A model generated the notes under the pieces. The model did no database searches, was not told the origin of the DNA, and saw only the letters and a program-made list of their open reading frames with translations. From Glaucostegus cemiculus (Eukaryota), in NCBI GenBank assembly GCA_976551045.1, contig CDPCPM010000076.1:31310001-31374000 (forward strand): a DNA stretch of 64,000 bases. Reading direction: 5' to 3'. Both the position numbers and the translations under genes were made by a program. This document shows, one piece after another, positions 25,941-39,599 of the stretch (its first letter is position 1; the number at the start of each line of letters is the position of its first letter).

Positions 25941-27184
25941 AATATTTGCAACAATTCATATTGAAACTTGTAGTAATATTCAGATTTGTTGAATTTGAAT
26001 GTGTTTTAATATTGTTTCTTTTGTGCATCCTGTTCAGCGTAGGCTCTTAATTCATCAAGTACCAAATTCAACAAATATGAACATGAACCATTTTGTAGCT
26101 GTGTTTCTGTCACTGTTTTATTGCATCTGCTTGCATTTGATGTATCATGCTCTGTGCCATCATTGCAATCTGTCAATCTCTCTTTGCAATTCCTGCCAAA
26201 TACAATACCATGAATTAAGGGAAGAAAGAGAACTGGCCAGAGTCTGCAAGAAAAAGGAGAACACACACCAACTTCAAGCAAACTGAACTAATTCTTCTTT
26301 TCCCAACACAAACTCTGCTTGAAACTAAAGATTCAATTCTTTCAGCCAATTATGCTTTACCCAGGACACTATTCTTGATGTGGCATCTCGTCCTCTGAGC
26401 ATTTAAAAGTGACACTTTGGAAAGATTGGATTGGATCGCCCTTGCTGTTCTTTTCCTATTACTCATTCCATTCAAGACATTTAGATCAAATCTCAACCCA
26501 GATCAGAGGACAGCCTGTTCTGATCAATCAGAATTAAGCAATCCCTTTGACAATAGAAAGTTGGCAAGTTGTTTTCTTCTCTTTCCTTCTCCTCCACCTT
26601 CTAAACTTGAGCTATTCTTGGATAACAGAACATCAAAATTGTTTGCAATTTAACTGGTGGCAGGCTATTTTTGCATTGCATCAGGCTCAATGCTAACCAC
26701 CCCAAGCTGGCAGAGGCCTGGTAAGGAAATCACTTAAAATGACACCAGCCACATTCCCAACTCTGATCTTGTTTGCCCTTCAGCATTTCTCAATATTAAC
26801 CAGCACTTCTGAGCAGACATACAAAGTGGAGTCCAGTTTCAAATATGCATGTCCAATCCGATGATATCAGCAGGCTCATCTGTAATACCAGCCAGAAACC
26901 AAAGTGAGGGGGAGAGTGTGGTTGGGAGTGGGTTTTGAATGTCAGCAAAGGAGGACATGTACGCTGGCTGGACTGTGCTCAAGCTGTCTGCGCCTCTCAT
27001 TCAGTCTTGCACAAGGCTGTTCCTTCTGTCCCATCTGTCCCCACTATTTAATTTTAATTAAATCTAATTCATAAAAACGCAGTGTTACATTTTGGTAGAA
27101 AGAATAAAAAGAAGCAATATAACTAGAAGACATAACTTTAAAAGAGAAGGAAGAAGAGCAAGACCTGTATCTGTACATAGTTCA

Positions 27185-28030
27185 TTGAAATTTGTGTGAC
27201 TGGTTGAAAAAGTGGTTGAAAGGGCACTTGGGCTTGAAAAATAGATGTATAGAGTACAAGAGCAAGGAAGCCACAAAGAATCCTCATAAAACATGGGCTT
27301 GGTCACAAATGGAATATTGGGTCTATTCTTTTAGAAAGTGTCAAGACTTTAGAGAGGTTGCAGAATAGATTTACTGAAATTGTTCCAGGGGTAAGGGACT
27401 TTAGTCATGTGGATAGACTGGAAAAGTTGTTCTCCTTGGAACAGGAGAAGTTGCAAGGGGAAATGATGGAACTACTTAAATCATGAAGTGTACTGACACA
27501 ATAGTCAGAGAGAAAATGTTCCCAATGGCGAAGCTTTGAAAAGCCAGGGGACATAAAATGAAGTTAAAAACAAAACATAACAAAACTGTAGATGATGGAA
27601 ATCTGAAGTGGTATCAGAAAATGCTGAAAAATATTCAACAGGTCAGGTCGCATCTATGGAAAGAAAAACAAAACCAACGAAGGGTCTTCGACCTGAAACA
27701 TTAGCTGTGTTTCTCTTCCCACGGATGCAGCCTGACCTATGAAGTATTTCCAGCATTATTATATAAAATAAAGGTAATTAGAAAAAGAACTAAAAGAGAT
27801 ATATGTGAGAAAAACATTTCTGTACAGCAAGCTGTTAAGAGTCTTGAGTGTACTGGCAGGAATAATAGTGGAGGCAGATTCACTTGCAACAATCAAAAGT
27901 GAGCTGATGAGCACATGAAAGAGTGTGCAGGACCAAGGGGAGAGGTTGGAAGAGTAGGTTTCTTGAATTGCTCACACATGGAACTGGCCCATAATTAGTG
28001 TTACTGCGCTGTAACCATTCTGTAATCTTT
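27185..28030 (+). mobile_element. Old CR1 3' region interrupted by a PLE fold-back unit
   Basis: Degenerate LERLQNRFT...GVRDFSHVDRLEKL motifs and a CR1-type 3' end (gctgtaaccattctgtaatc). Confidence 0.7.
27568..27762. mobile_element. PLE pLTR-derived palindromic (fold-back) unit with imperfect 15-bp TSD
   Basis: Arms aatgctgaaaaatattcaacaggtcaggtcgcatctatggaaaga and tcttcccacggatgcagcctgacctatgaagtatttccagcatt. Flanks ataaaatgaagttaa (27553-27567) and ataaaataaaggtaa (27763-27777). Confidence 0.75.
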
Positions 28031-29654
28031 TCTTCACCATCCTTTACATCCTGTACCGTCATGGTCACTGCCTCCATCAATCACTGCCCAACTCCCAGCA
28101 GCAAATGTGGGAGACCTACTGACCTTGCACACTGGTCAAATATCAAGCAGGACACTTAATAGCTTTTAACAGATGAGGTCCTTCCTCTGGGATCAGCAGG
28201 TTCTCAGTGGCCATGGCCTTCCTGAACACTTTGCCTACACTCTCTCTGCTTCCCTTTTAGTGTCAGGTCCAATGTCAAACTGGTGTTGAAAGTTAATCAA
28301 GGTATTCACACTGTTTATTAACCTCCAAACATTTGAAAAACCCTTGGAAGTACAATGGCGATTTGTGAGAAAGTGTTAGCTCAAGCATACTGTCCAGTTG
28401 AACATTCTGAAGTATTACAGTCCCTGCAGTTCGACAATTAGAGTTTGTATGCAGTATTAACCCTGTACTGAAAAGCACATTCTGTCCACCTGTTATTATT
28501 TCAATAATAGGTGGACACTATTGAATTAACTAATCACAAGCTAACCAGTAACCAGCAAGATTTAACAAAACCAATTTTGTTAAATATATTCCAAACATCA
28601 GAAATAATTTCACTAAATATTTGAGAATATGCTTCTGGCACACAGGTTATTTCTGCAAACCAAAAATGTGGGCTGTATGCAAAAGCAGATTGGCAATGTT
28701 TGCATTCTAATGTCACAGGAATTTCATCACAATAAATATATATCATCATACAGAGCCTAAATAATCCATTTGGGGAAGGCCAAGAATTATCAGATCATTT
28801 TCTTCTCCTGTTTCTTGGCTTTGTGCAGAAATAAGTTTATTCTTTAAGATCTAAAATACCTCGATGGGAAAGAGATTGCATCCGTATTCTGATTCATTGA
28901 ATTTCCAATACCAGGTAGTGTTCAACCATTCAAATAAGCACAGAAAAAAGCCTTGCAATAGGATTCCTCTCTGGAGATTTTGCAGCACTGGGGGGCAGAA
29001 AAAAGCAATGGATTTTTTATGCACGGGTTGTTAAGAAAGGTGAAGATGGTATGCTTTTTTTGTTCCAGGTTGTGAATGCATAAGATGAAAGCGAGTGTTC
29101 TTAAATAAACATGCTCAGGGAAAAAAATGCAACAGCTGCACAAGTTGAAATAAATAAAACATATTGAGGAGAGAGAAAAGAAGGACAAGAGGTGTCTCAA
29201 CCCAATTTTCATCTTGCTTTCCTATCCCAGGGGGATTTCAGAGCTTCCCTAAAAGCTTTTAAATCTTCACACAAATCGCTGGGGATCTTCCAGCTATGAG
29301 TTCCTGAGATGATTTGATGGTAAAAACAGCCTGTATTTTTGCAGTGTTTTAAAAGTTCGCATATAGTTTCAGAATATTTGCATGGCATTGGATTACCTCC
29401 ACTTATCCTGTAGCAATTTAGGTATCTAAAGTATAACAAAGTACATTGAATGAGCATAGTGGGGAGGCTGCCAAAATTTGGGCAATATAAAGCAGATTGA
29501 TACATATCCCACAAATAATCCTTCAAACATCCTAAACAAGTGAAAGGATAATTGAATAAGACAAGAGGGGAAATGAGGGAAAAAATGAAAATGTCACCTG
29601 ATGGATTTAATAATTTTTAAACAATTTAGCATAGTTTTAGTAAGGTGATGAAAT

Positions 29655-29948
29655 GCATCCATCAGTAAGGGCCCTCACCATCTGGGACATGCCATCTTTG
29701 CTTTACTACCATCGGGAAGGAGGTACAGGAGCCTGAAGACCCATACCTAACATTTTAGGAACAGCTTCTTCCCCTCCACCATCAGATTTCTAAACAGTCC
29801 ATGAACCCAAGAATACTACCTCGTTATTCCTCTTTTGCACTATTTATTTGTTTTGTAACTTATAATAGTTTTTGTGCCTTGCACTATACTGCTGCCACAA
29901 AACAACAAATTTCACGACATTTGTTGGTGATAATAAACCTGATTCTGA
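29655..29948 (+). mobile_element. Rex1/Babar-type LINE 3' fragment
   Basis: ttactaccatcgggaaggaggtacaggagcctgaagacc (LLPSGRRYRSLKT) and tail aataaacctgattctga. Same family as 16945-17472. Confidence 0.88.
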
Positions 29949-30599
29949 AATTTATGTTATAACCAGATACATTCAGTAGCAATTTACTATCATTGCCCTC
30001 TTCAGAACTATCGTGCATCTTATAAATATTCAAACTCTATTCCTTTGATATTGAGACATGTATTTCACAGTTTTTTTTCTCGACTTTGCAAAACCAAAAC
30101 TTGTACATAGTCTTTTGGAACAAAGACAACGACAAGCAAGCTCGCAGGTCATTGAATGTTAAGAATAGGGGGTTGGACTCTCTTTTGTTTGAGGTGTTCT
30201 CTTGGCATAAATGTTACTTGACCTTTATTAACTATGCCTGATTGATATGTAGGTATTGCTGTATGCAGACATAAGCTCTTCATTTTCTGAGGAGGTGTAA
30301 ATGTAATTGAATATTGTGAAATAATCAGCAAGAAAGGATTGTACATATGCAATGAGGGACTTTGTCACAGGCTTATCATCATTCCTAGAGGTTCAATGGA
30401 CTTAAGTGTAAACTGATCACTCCATTGAGAACTGCTGGTGAGGTCCTCTCTTTCTGTCAACTTGTCCCTGATCTCTGGTTCTGTGCACTACAGAAAGGAG
30501 GTCAGAGATGAGCTGAAGATCAGATGTCAGCACACCTGACCTCCTGCTCTACTGCCAGGATATAGCACACATCATATCCACTACAAGGCAACAGATTTC

Positions 30600-31295
30600 C
30601 ACAAACAATATGATGTCTCACCCCTCTTCCTGCAAAGGCTCCATTCTATTCTCCCAATTCCTTCAACTCCATCATATTAGTTCTGATGACAAGACTTTCT
30701 ACAACAGTGCTTTTGAGGTGTTTCCTTTTCTCCTTAACTGGCTTCCCCACGACTATAGTTGACAAGGCTGTCAGTCACCTCTGTTCTATTTCCTGCACTT
30801 CTGTTGTTAACTGTCTCCTCCCACTCAGAGCAAGAACAGGGTTTCATTTGACCACACCCTCCATCCCACCAGCTTTCACATTCAACAGATCATCCTCTAT
30901 AACTTCCATGACCTTCAACAAGACTCCACCAGCTGACTGTCCTCTAGCACATCAATCCTCTTCCAGCATTTGAAAAGATTAATTCCTTCCATGACTCCCT
31001 GTTCCACTCTTCCTTTTCGACCAACACCAATTCCCATTCTCACTGTGCCTTGGTGCAACCACAAACTTTGCAACACCTGCCTTTCCACCTATTCCCTTCC
31101 CACCATCCAACACAAATGTCAGAATCAGAATCAGTTTTTATTGTCACTACTATGCAGTCTTCATTCGTTCTTGGAACATGCTGCATTCTAAATTTTCCCA
31201 GTCTGATCAAAGGATATTGACCTAAAATACCAACTCTTTTTCCCCCAACATAAGTGCTATCTGAATTGCTGGGTATATCAAGCATTTTCTGGTCT
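30600..31295 (+). mobile_element. Decayed Penelope-like element fragment with a tiny nested Rex 3' tail (31119-31155)
   Basis: Degenerate PLE motifs (GFPTTIVDKA, CNHKLCNTC...SLPTIQ) and a decayed pLTR at 31195-31290. tcagaatcagaatcagtttttattgtcactacta matches the Rex tail. Confidence 0.65.
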
Positions 31296-32289
31296 TAGAA
31301 CTAACATCCTAGGCTAAGAGGTTGGGTACATTTCACATCCAGCCCTATAGCTTTACTCCAACTAGCACCATCCAGCCACTTGAATGAGATTGCCCACCTT
31401 GATTGCAAAGGTATGTGCATGCGAGTGATTTGTCTTTACTTTCAGTTTTCTTAATGTTGTACATTGATTTCTATCACTCAAATATGTTTCTAAAATAAAT
31501 TTATTATTTCATTTTTATTTGCTTGAATTATTGTTTAATTAATTACAATACATATTATTCAAATCCTTTTGACCTGCTTTTAAATGTCTCTGATCAAATA
31601 CATTTCAAAGCAGTTCAGAAGTTTTTATCAAAAGGCTGTCTGAATGGTTCAGATCCAGGTCCAGGGGGATCTGTCACCTGAAGCCCGGATGCTATTCACT
31701 GTCGGAGCCACTTCAGAAGACCAGCACAGCAACAGAACTTGCTGGAAAATTGGATGCAGACAGCTACAAAATGTAAGTGTAGCTGAAGAAATAGCTTGGC
31801 CAGCAAGCATGAGACACAGGCCAAAGGAGTACAATCCAAGCCATGCTCAACTAAATTATTTTCTTTCACAGAGCACAGTTCATTTGTGCAGAACTGTATC
31901 AATACCTTATGAGTACATATTAAAATGGGTAATTGGTAATGCAGATATCTTTTAAAAACTGAACTGTAATTGCAAAATGGATGATTCAAAATTATCTCCT
32001 TTTTTAAAAAAAGCTCAGCATGGAAATGTGGACCTGAAAGGAATAAAAATGCGATCACTGGCACTGAAACAAAAACAGAAAATGCCAGAAATTAACAGCA
32101 AATCAGTCACCAATCTACACTGGGAAAACATGGTGAATAGTCTTTTGCATGTGTAGAATTCATCAGAATTATAGGCTGACAAACAAAAAGACATTTAGAT
32201 TACTTTATCCATCTCGTATTTTTAGTATTGGAATATCCATCAGATTATAGCAGAAGGTATAACACTCAGATCACAATAATCAGAGAGAG

Positions 32290-32418
32290 ACAGACACAAG
32301 AGACTGCAGCTGCTGGAATCTGGAGCAACAAACAATCTGCTGGAGGAACTCAGCGGGTCGAGCAGCATCTGGGGGAGGAAAGGATTTGTCGACATTTGGG
32401 TTTGAAACCTTGTATCTA
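32290..32418 (-). mobile_element. Solo PLE pLTR fragment
   Basis: cacaagagactgcagctgctggaatctggagcaac...gctggaggaactcagcgggtcgagcagcatc. Confidence 0.8.
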
Positions 32419-33626
32419 TATAATCAAACATTTCATTGGACAAAATTTTCTGGAAAATTACTTGTTATATTTTAGGTTTTCAGAATTTTATATTTCTGTC
32501 TTCAGAATTTAAGCACAGAATGTTCAAACATTTAGTCCATTCAGATTCACACCATGTTTTTCTCCGCATGAACTTGTATTCTCATTCCATTTTCTTGTAT
32601 ACTTACATTGCTGCAAATATATCTAATTTTTACCCAACTATCCAAGTCCCTTAACAAGCAATTTATTTGTTCAGTTTTTTAGGTGTGCGGCTGTAAGATG
32701 TCATCTGTGTCAAAAAACTTATTCTATCCTTTTATTATTCATTTTTCTTTCATCGTTGCTGGGTGATTGACCAGTGGAAGTATCAGAATAAACCTTTTTT
32801 GTGAAAATTCATGGCTTTATAACTCTCTATCAGGTCAACCCTGAGTCTGAACAGCTCCGGTAAAATAAGCCAAATTTCTCTTTTTATTATCGTTTTCCCT
32901 GATCTGTTCTGTGAAGGCTTGGGTTCATTTGAACTCCACGCTGACTTTGATAGCACCTTTTTCAAAGGATTTATGTCCTTGGCACTCCTGAGATTGCAGC
33001 AATCGATTGCCACTTGGCAGCTGCCAACGGAACATTGCAAATTCTTTTGGAGTTTGAAATCTTCTGCTGGAACATTTGGCTCATAAATACAGTGGCTTCA
33101 TGCTACTTGTAGTTTCTTGTCCCTTGTTAGTGCCAGAAATGGTGCAGACATTCACCCACATGGCTCCGACCTAATTTACAGCGCAAAATAAATGATCCTC
33201 ACCCCCAAGATTTGGGCCAAGGCAGACTAACAGATGAGCGTCTCACCTAGCCCCACTCCAGAGGGGCCACTTAAAATTTCAGGCCCATGAACTCAAGAGA
33301 TCTAGCAGCATGACAAACTGTCCTGTAGTTTACTGGCTTCTTCCCTCATTTTTTTAAAATAAGGAATTCACCCTTCAATCTTCTCTTAAATATGATCAAA
33401 ACTGTAAAATTATTCTGTTAAATGAGGAAAATTGTGCTTCATGGTCGCATCGCAAGATATTACAATTATTACATATATACCTATCTCACTGTCACATTGG
33501 TTCATTGTTAGGAATTAGTTCGTCAAACATGCTGCTTTGTTCAGGTACTTTTCACTTAAGGTCAGGATGTTGGTTAAATCAAATTACGTATTTTGATTTT
33601 CTCTGCACCAAAGCACATCAGATTTA

Positions 33627-33980
33627 TAGAAACAGAGCATGGAAACAAGCCCTTTGGCCCACCAAGTCCATGCTGACCATTAACCACCCATTTACACCAA
33701 TCCTCTGTGAATCTTGTTTTTCATTCTTCCCACATTCTGAACAGCTACCTCAGATTCTACCACTCACCTACACACAAAGGGCAACTTCCAGTGTCCAATT
33801 AACCTACAAACCTACATTTGTTTGGGATGTAGGAGGAAACCAAAAGCACCAGGAGGAAACCCACATGATCACAGGGAGAACGTGCAAATTCCACACAGCC
33901 AGTACCCAAGGTTGGGATTGAATCCTGATCACTGATACTGCAAGGCAGCAGCTCTACTAGTTGCACAAATGCGTCGCCCC
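33627..33980 (-). mobile_element. HE1-like V-SINE with CR1-derived 3' tail
   Basis: tRNA-like head at the right end (B box ggattgaatcc on +), core gaggaaacc...gcaccaggaggaaacccac...cacagggagaacgtgcaaa, and CR1-type tail ccctttggccc...atagaaac. Confidence 0.8.
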
Positions 33981-34457
33981 AAGTTGTCAAACTAAGACAT
34001 TACTCATATAATTTGAAAATCTACAATAAAGCATTTAAACATAAAATATAAATTACATTGCCAAATATAGATAACCGTACAACAGTTACAAGAAGCACCA
34101 GTCAAAATTAGGAAACTGAGGGAAGAAGAGCTCAGGAAGAACCTTCATTGCCAGCAGTTACCCAACTGTAGAATGTTAGACCAGAAGCATATTTATATGC
34201 AGATATGAAAGATACTTCAGGACATATTGGGTTAAAAGAGATGGAAGCAGTGAAAGACAGATGTATGGGATTCATTAGCAAAATAGATGCTTTCTGAATC
34301 AATGACCTTCACTCTTCATCAAAATTCTGATGCCTCAATGCATTTGTTTTAACTTTTATATAATCTGTCATATTAAGAGAAAATTGTGCAGCTATGTATT
34401 TGTATTATCTGTGTTACCGAACACAGGAATAGCCTGTAAATTTAGCTGCAGTGGAAA

Positions 34458-34875
34458 TCAAGCTCAAGGTTATTGTCATGGGCATACATACCCAGGGTAT
34501 AAATGCCATGAAAATTGCTTTTTGCAGCAGCAGCACAGTATATTACAAACATGACAGGCATAAGTTACATAAACTTAAATTAACCTAAATTGTACTTAAC
34601 TTACATGACAAAATAAACAAAAATAGACATAAAGGCATTAGTGTAAGTTGAGGGAAATATAGTCCGAGCTAGAATTAGAGCTTTTCAGGTCAGTTCAAGA
34701 ACCCGATGGCAGTGGGGAAGAAGCTGTTGTTGAACCTTGAGGTGTGTGTCTTCCGGCTCCTGTACCTCCTGCCTAATGACAGCAACGAGAAGACGGCATG
34801 GCCCAGATGGTGGGGGTCCTCAATGATGGATATTGCCTTCCTGAGACATCATCACTTGTAGGTGTCCTCGATGGC
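34458..34875 (-). mobile_element. Rex1/Babar-type LINE 3' fragment
   Basis: gggaagaagctgttgttgaaccttgaggtgtgtgtcttccggctcctgtacctcctgcc is the reverse complement of GRRYRSRKTHTSRFNNSFFP. Tail region ttattgtcatg. Confidence 0.85.
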
Positions 34876-36023
34876 GCACTGGAACTGCAATGCCCTAGGC
34901 TAACCCAAATCATCTGAAACTCGAGCATGGAACTTATTAACATGATCGTAGCCTCCAGCTGATGCAAACCCTGGTACTGATTAACTGGTGCTGACTGAGT
35001 CACACTTGCACCTCACAAAGGGTAGGACCCCATTTCCCCCAATCATGAGAGGACGTCACGGTGCAGCTTTGAAACACGATGCGGTGTGGCAGACCACACA
35101 CCACAGTTTTCAGGTCCTGTTCTTGACTGTTGTTGGAAAGGTGGAGAAAGAGGTCCTTCATACCCAAGGGGCCCAGGAAGTCATTGAGATCAGTTTTGGA
35201 AGGATATAACTGAAGTGGTCAAGATCAGACTGATATATCAAGGATGTGTGTGAGGTATCTTCAAAAAATATTTGGTTTCAAACACATGTTCAGTTAGTGA
35301 GTCCATCGACATTTCTCATCTGCCAACATCTGGCCACCTCACCTATACAATTCTTGATGCTATACATCCATACTCCCCTGCCAATGCTGTTTCCAGACCA
35401 CACCTGTTTACTCCAGAGCCACCCCAGCCAGACCCCACAGCCACCCCCTCACATCACCACATTGCTACTACATCAGCAGTCTGTCAGCCAAGAGGGATCA
35501 TCAGTGGGCTGATGCCAGCAGATGTCACTGGACCTCTCCCGGGTGCTGCCGGCTACTTTCCCATCCATTGCACCATGGTTCATGCTCCATGTCAGGCACT
35601 GTCTCAGCAGGCAGACATGGATGATGAAACTCATACTTTCCCCCAGTGCTTCATCCATCTAAGGAAAAGAGTATTTGAAGAACAGGATCTCAAATCCAAT
35701 GCCAGGTTCATGACCAACCAAGCAGCAATGATGCCTGCCCTCCTGTGTGCTGCGGAGCCAAGAGCAACTGACAGCTCCACACGCCTGAACCCAGATTCCC
35801 AAAATACGCATTTAACTCTAAGTTCCATCATGGCAAGTGAATTGCAGGAGAACAGAGAATACCCTTTGGAAGCCTGCTTGAAAAAAATGTAAAATGCTCA
35901 CTGATCTGTAAAAAGGGAGAAAGGGTATCTGGGAATGGAATTCTAGACTCTGACAGAGGCCGTTGGGGACCATGCACAAATCAGCAATATCCAAAACTAC
36001 CTGACCACCCATGCCATCAAATA

Positions 36024-36234
36024 CAGGTTGTCCCCAGGTTATGACAAGGCTCTGTTCCTGTGAACTGCTCATGACCTGATCCGTTCACAAGCGGGATATG
36101 TGGCCACGAACTAAGTTCCCATGTGGCAAAAGATGCCTTCAGCCCCACAAAATCCAACCCGCTAGTCTCCAAAACACCTGCTCATATCTATGGGCTGTAC
36201 AAAAGTTGGGGGTTCATAAGCTGAGGTGGTCCTG
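36024..36234. mobile_element. Possible Tigger/Tc1-mariner-type MITE
   Basis: Imperfect terminal inverted repeats: (ta)caggttgtccccaggttatgac vs the reverse complement of gttcataagctgaggtggtcctg. TA flank on the left only. Confidence 0.4.
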
Positions 36235-36764
36235 TCCCAACTATCCCACCTGTGGGAGAGCCTGCAGATCCCATAGAATTGAAGCAGAAGCCAGTCATCC
36301 TTGACTTTGTGGTCCAGCCTGAGAAAGAGATTCACATCCAATGACAATCTCAATCAATCATGACTCTTAGCCAACATTGAAGTGCCCTGCCAAACCTTCA
36401 GGCATGAGGCACGAGGCACTGCTCCACAAACACTAGCATATCATTGTTACACAGACAACAGGCCACTCAACCATGGCAGGTAGCTCACATTGCAACAGGT
36501 TCAAGAACACTCTTCCCTCTTCTTTCGGGAAGTGGCAGCACACAGCTACTGGCACCAGAACCAAACCAGTAGCGGTCATTACAATGTGCACAGGATGAAT
36601 GAGTTGCTTGCTATTATCGGGACAATGGCCCCAGAGCCCACAACCAACTGCAGTGCAGCAATCATAGAAGATTATGGTCAGCTCATACTACTTTTCCTTT
36701 TCACATTCTGTTTCCCCTCATCCACAATCTCTTTTGTTTCATATTTTATATATTTCCCCTTTGA

Positions 36765-37052
36765 TATAGAAGGAGGTCATGTTGTCCATCGCTTCACTCG
36801 TGTCAATCCCAGTCCCTACTTATTTCCCTGCAATCTACTCATTCACATGTGCATTAACTTTACCCCAATTCTCCTATCATCAACCTACAGTAGAAGGAAT
36901 TTACAGTTGCCAATTAACCTTATAAATGGTACATCTTTGGGATATGGGAAGGAACTGGGGCACCTGGGGAAAACCCCCATAAGGTCATGCAAACTCCGCA
37001 CAGTTATCATCGGAGGTCAGGACCGAACCTTGGTTCCTGGAGCTGTGAGGAT
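36765..37052 (-). mobile_element. Decayed HE1-like SINE
   Basis: ccaattaacct...tctttgggatatgggaaggaactggggcacctggggaaaaccc...gcaaactccgcacag parallels 33790-33950. Confidence 0.7.
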
Positions 37053-39599
37053 TTGTGAGATGCAAACAGTTTCAGCACACATCTCTAACTTGCTCCCTTA
37101 TCATTAGTTCTGGTGAAGCCACAAATTTCAATGAACTATGCACATATACAGATTTTGGTGTTCTTCTTTCTCTTTTAAAATTGTGCCTTCTAGTTATATT
37201 GTCTCTTTTTATTCTTTCTACCAAAATGTAACACTGCATTTTTATGAATTAAATTTAATGAATTCTCACCTGCCCAGGACGTAGTTGCTGACCAAGAAGA
37301 AACTGAGGAAGATGCTCTTAATTCAATCTACCACAGATGGCCACCACCTCAGATAGTGACACTTCACTAACAGTATAAGGACCTTGGTCAATAGATATGT
37401 TTTGAAAGCAGAATCTGCATGCAATGCATAGTCTGGCACTGGAGGCCTACAACCAAGCCCAGGGGAAAAGGAGACTTATAATACCAGCTCCTGCAGGTTG
37501 TGGTCATGCCTGATCTCTGTGTCAAATGAGAACTCGGATGAGACAACCAATAGATTAAGAATTTTCTATTAAGATGCTTACGAGCTCGGGGCCTTGCAAG
37601 ATTTGTCCAAAATCCTACATGAAATACTATGAAGCATGATGGACTTCAGCTCCGACTTTGCAGAGGGCTTTGTGTGGAACTTGAAGTCCATCATGTCAAC
37701 ACTTGCAGGCCCAAACACTGATGGCCCATGCATCAGCTTCCATTGTAGCACAGGCAGATGTAAGACCACCCAATGCTGCCATGCATGAATATAATGCCTC
37801 TGTTCAAAAAGAAGGTCCAGAGTGTCAGAGTCACAACACATTTCTGGAATTACTGAGACACTGCCCAGTGGAGGTGGCAGCTCCTGTTTAGAGAATAAAT
37901 TGGCTGGCTCATTCTTGCTCAGAAAGACAGTATTCATCCCAAGTGAGTGTGTCTATCACCTCTAGTTCATCATACTCTAGCCTGATCAGACTAGACCACT
38001 GGTGGTTGGGGTTTGTTGATGGGGTTCAAAGCTCTTCTCCCAGTATAGCTCAAGGTCATCTTTCACAGCCATCTGCAACCTCCTTCAGAAGAAGGGAGCA
38101 GCTTCTCATCAACTTCACCACAGCCACTGGGAGAGCATTAAACAGTATTAGAAATGGAAAACAAACTCCAAGGATTTGCACAAATGTGATTTGTCAACAT
38201 TAGCATAGTCTCTGTTTGCCTGCATATGAAAATATGATTCAGCATGTTGAGATGATTGGCTTTGAGTTCATCAGCTATGATCTAATGGAATGATGGAGCA
38301 AGCTGAAAGAACCGCATGACCTTCTTCTGGTTCTACCTCTTATGTTCTTAATTATAATTTGAACTCAAGCAGTTACATTGATGATTAGCCAGAGGGGGAC
38401 AATTGCAAGTCAACTGTTGTTGTGGGGTTTGTGATTCATCTTTATTTTTATTCATTTGTGGAGTATAGAATTCCTTTCAACATTTAATGATCAACCCTAA
38501 ATGTCCTTGAGATGATTGTGAAGAAGCAGGTACTTAACATGCTGAAGGAACTCCTGTAGTACAGTTAGTGGGTTGTTCTATGACTACAAACTATTACCTA
38601 TTGAGAAACAGTTATAATATCCAAATCAGGTGGTGTACAGTTTGGAGTCCCACTGTAAGGAAAAGAGTACCCATGCAAGTGCTAGCCTTGCCCAGCTACA
38701 TGGTAGGGATGCAAGCACTGTCAAGGAAAGCTCAACAAGTTATCCTCTTTGTAGCTGTTATGAACTGTCTGCTCTCTGCAAGATTAATGGAGCTACTGAC
38801 TTCCCCCTGCCCCTTCCTTTAACCCTATAATATTTTTCTTTTAGACATTGGTTCAATTTCCTTCTGAAACCACAACTGAATTTGCCTCCACCTCTTTTAT
38901 CAGCCAATGCATTCCAGAAGCCAACCAATTGTTTAGCAATAAATCTCTTTTCTCACCTCTTCTTCATGAAGAGCTTTGTGTTGTCTTGTTAATACTGTCT
39001 ATTCTCCCTTGGATTTAAGATTAGGTTCTCAAAGTCCTGATCAAGTTTCCATGCAGCCCTTTTCACATCACCAGACATAAAATATTTCATGAACCAACAG
39101 AATCGAACATTGTTACATACTGGTATGTTTTTTTTTAATTTGTATTAAACTGCCTTTATATATTGCTAAGTTGGCTTAGTTTGACTATTACATCTGAAAA
39201 ATGGTTTTAATCACAAAATATAAAAATATTTAATCCATCACCTTCAAATAACCGGATTTTAAATCAATGACATAATTTCTAAAAACTGAAATCTATTGCT
39301 ATATGCCTACTTGTGAACTTGCACCTAAAATGAAGATTAGTTTTAAGAGATGCCTTGAAGTTACACCAGCAGGCATGATCAAAACAAACTCACCTTGATG
39401 GGTAATTCAAACTAGGGCCTGCAGACAGTTTTGTGAGCACAGCCAAATTCCATAGTTTCCCAAGAAATGGAGATGCAATTTGCACCAAGCACAATTTGCA
39501 TCTGATATTATTATCCATTTTTTGGGGTAATTGTGAACTAATCACACCAAAGTAAATGGCAAAACCTGGTAGAAACCTTTCCTCAAAAATCAAATAATA

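Larger units (their letters stand above)
35090..37720 (+). pseudogene. Third Harbinger Myb/SANT gene relic (exon 1/2/3-like blocks), interrupted by a MITE and a SINE
   Basis: Block at ~36530-36680 reads VAAHSYWHQNQTSSGH...MNELLAIIGTMAPE...IIEDY then gt, paralleling exon 45970-46126. Block 37290-37720 parallels 3500-3700 and 45360-45900. The exon-1 block near 35100-35260 is only weakly recognisable. Confidence 0.45.

Noticed and set aside
35272-37107. 206-aa and 205-aa ORFs as genes
   Set aside because: They start at non-ATG codons, run through Harbinger relic, intron-like and SINE sequence, and show no coherent domain.
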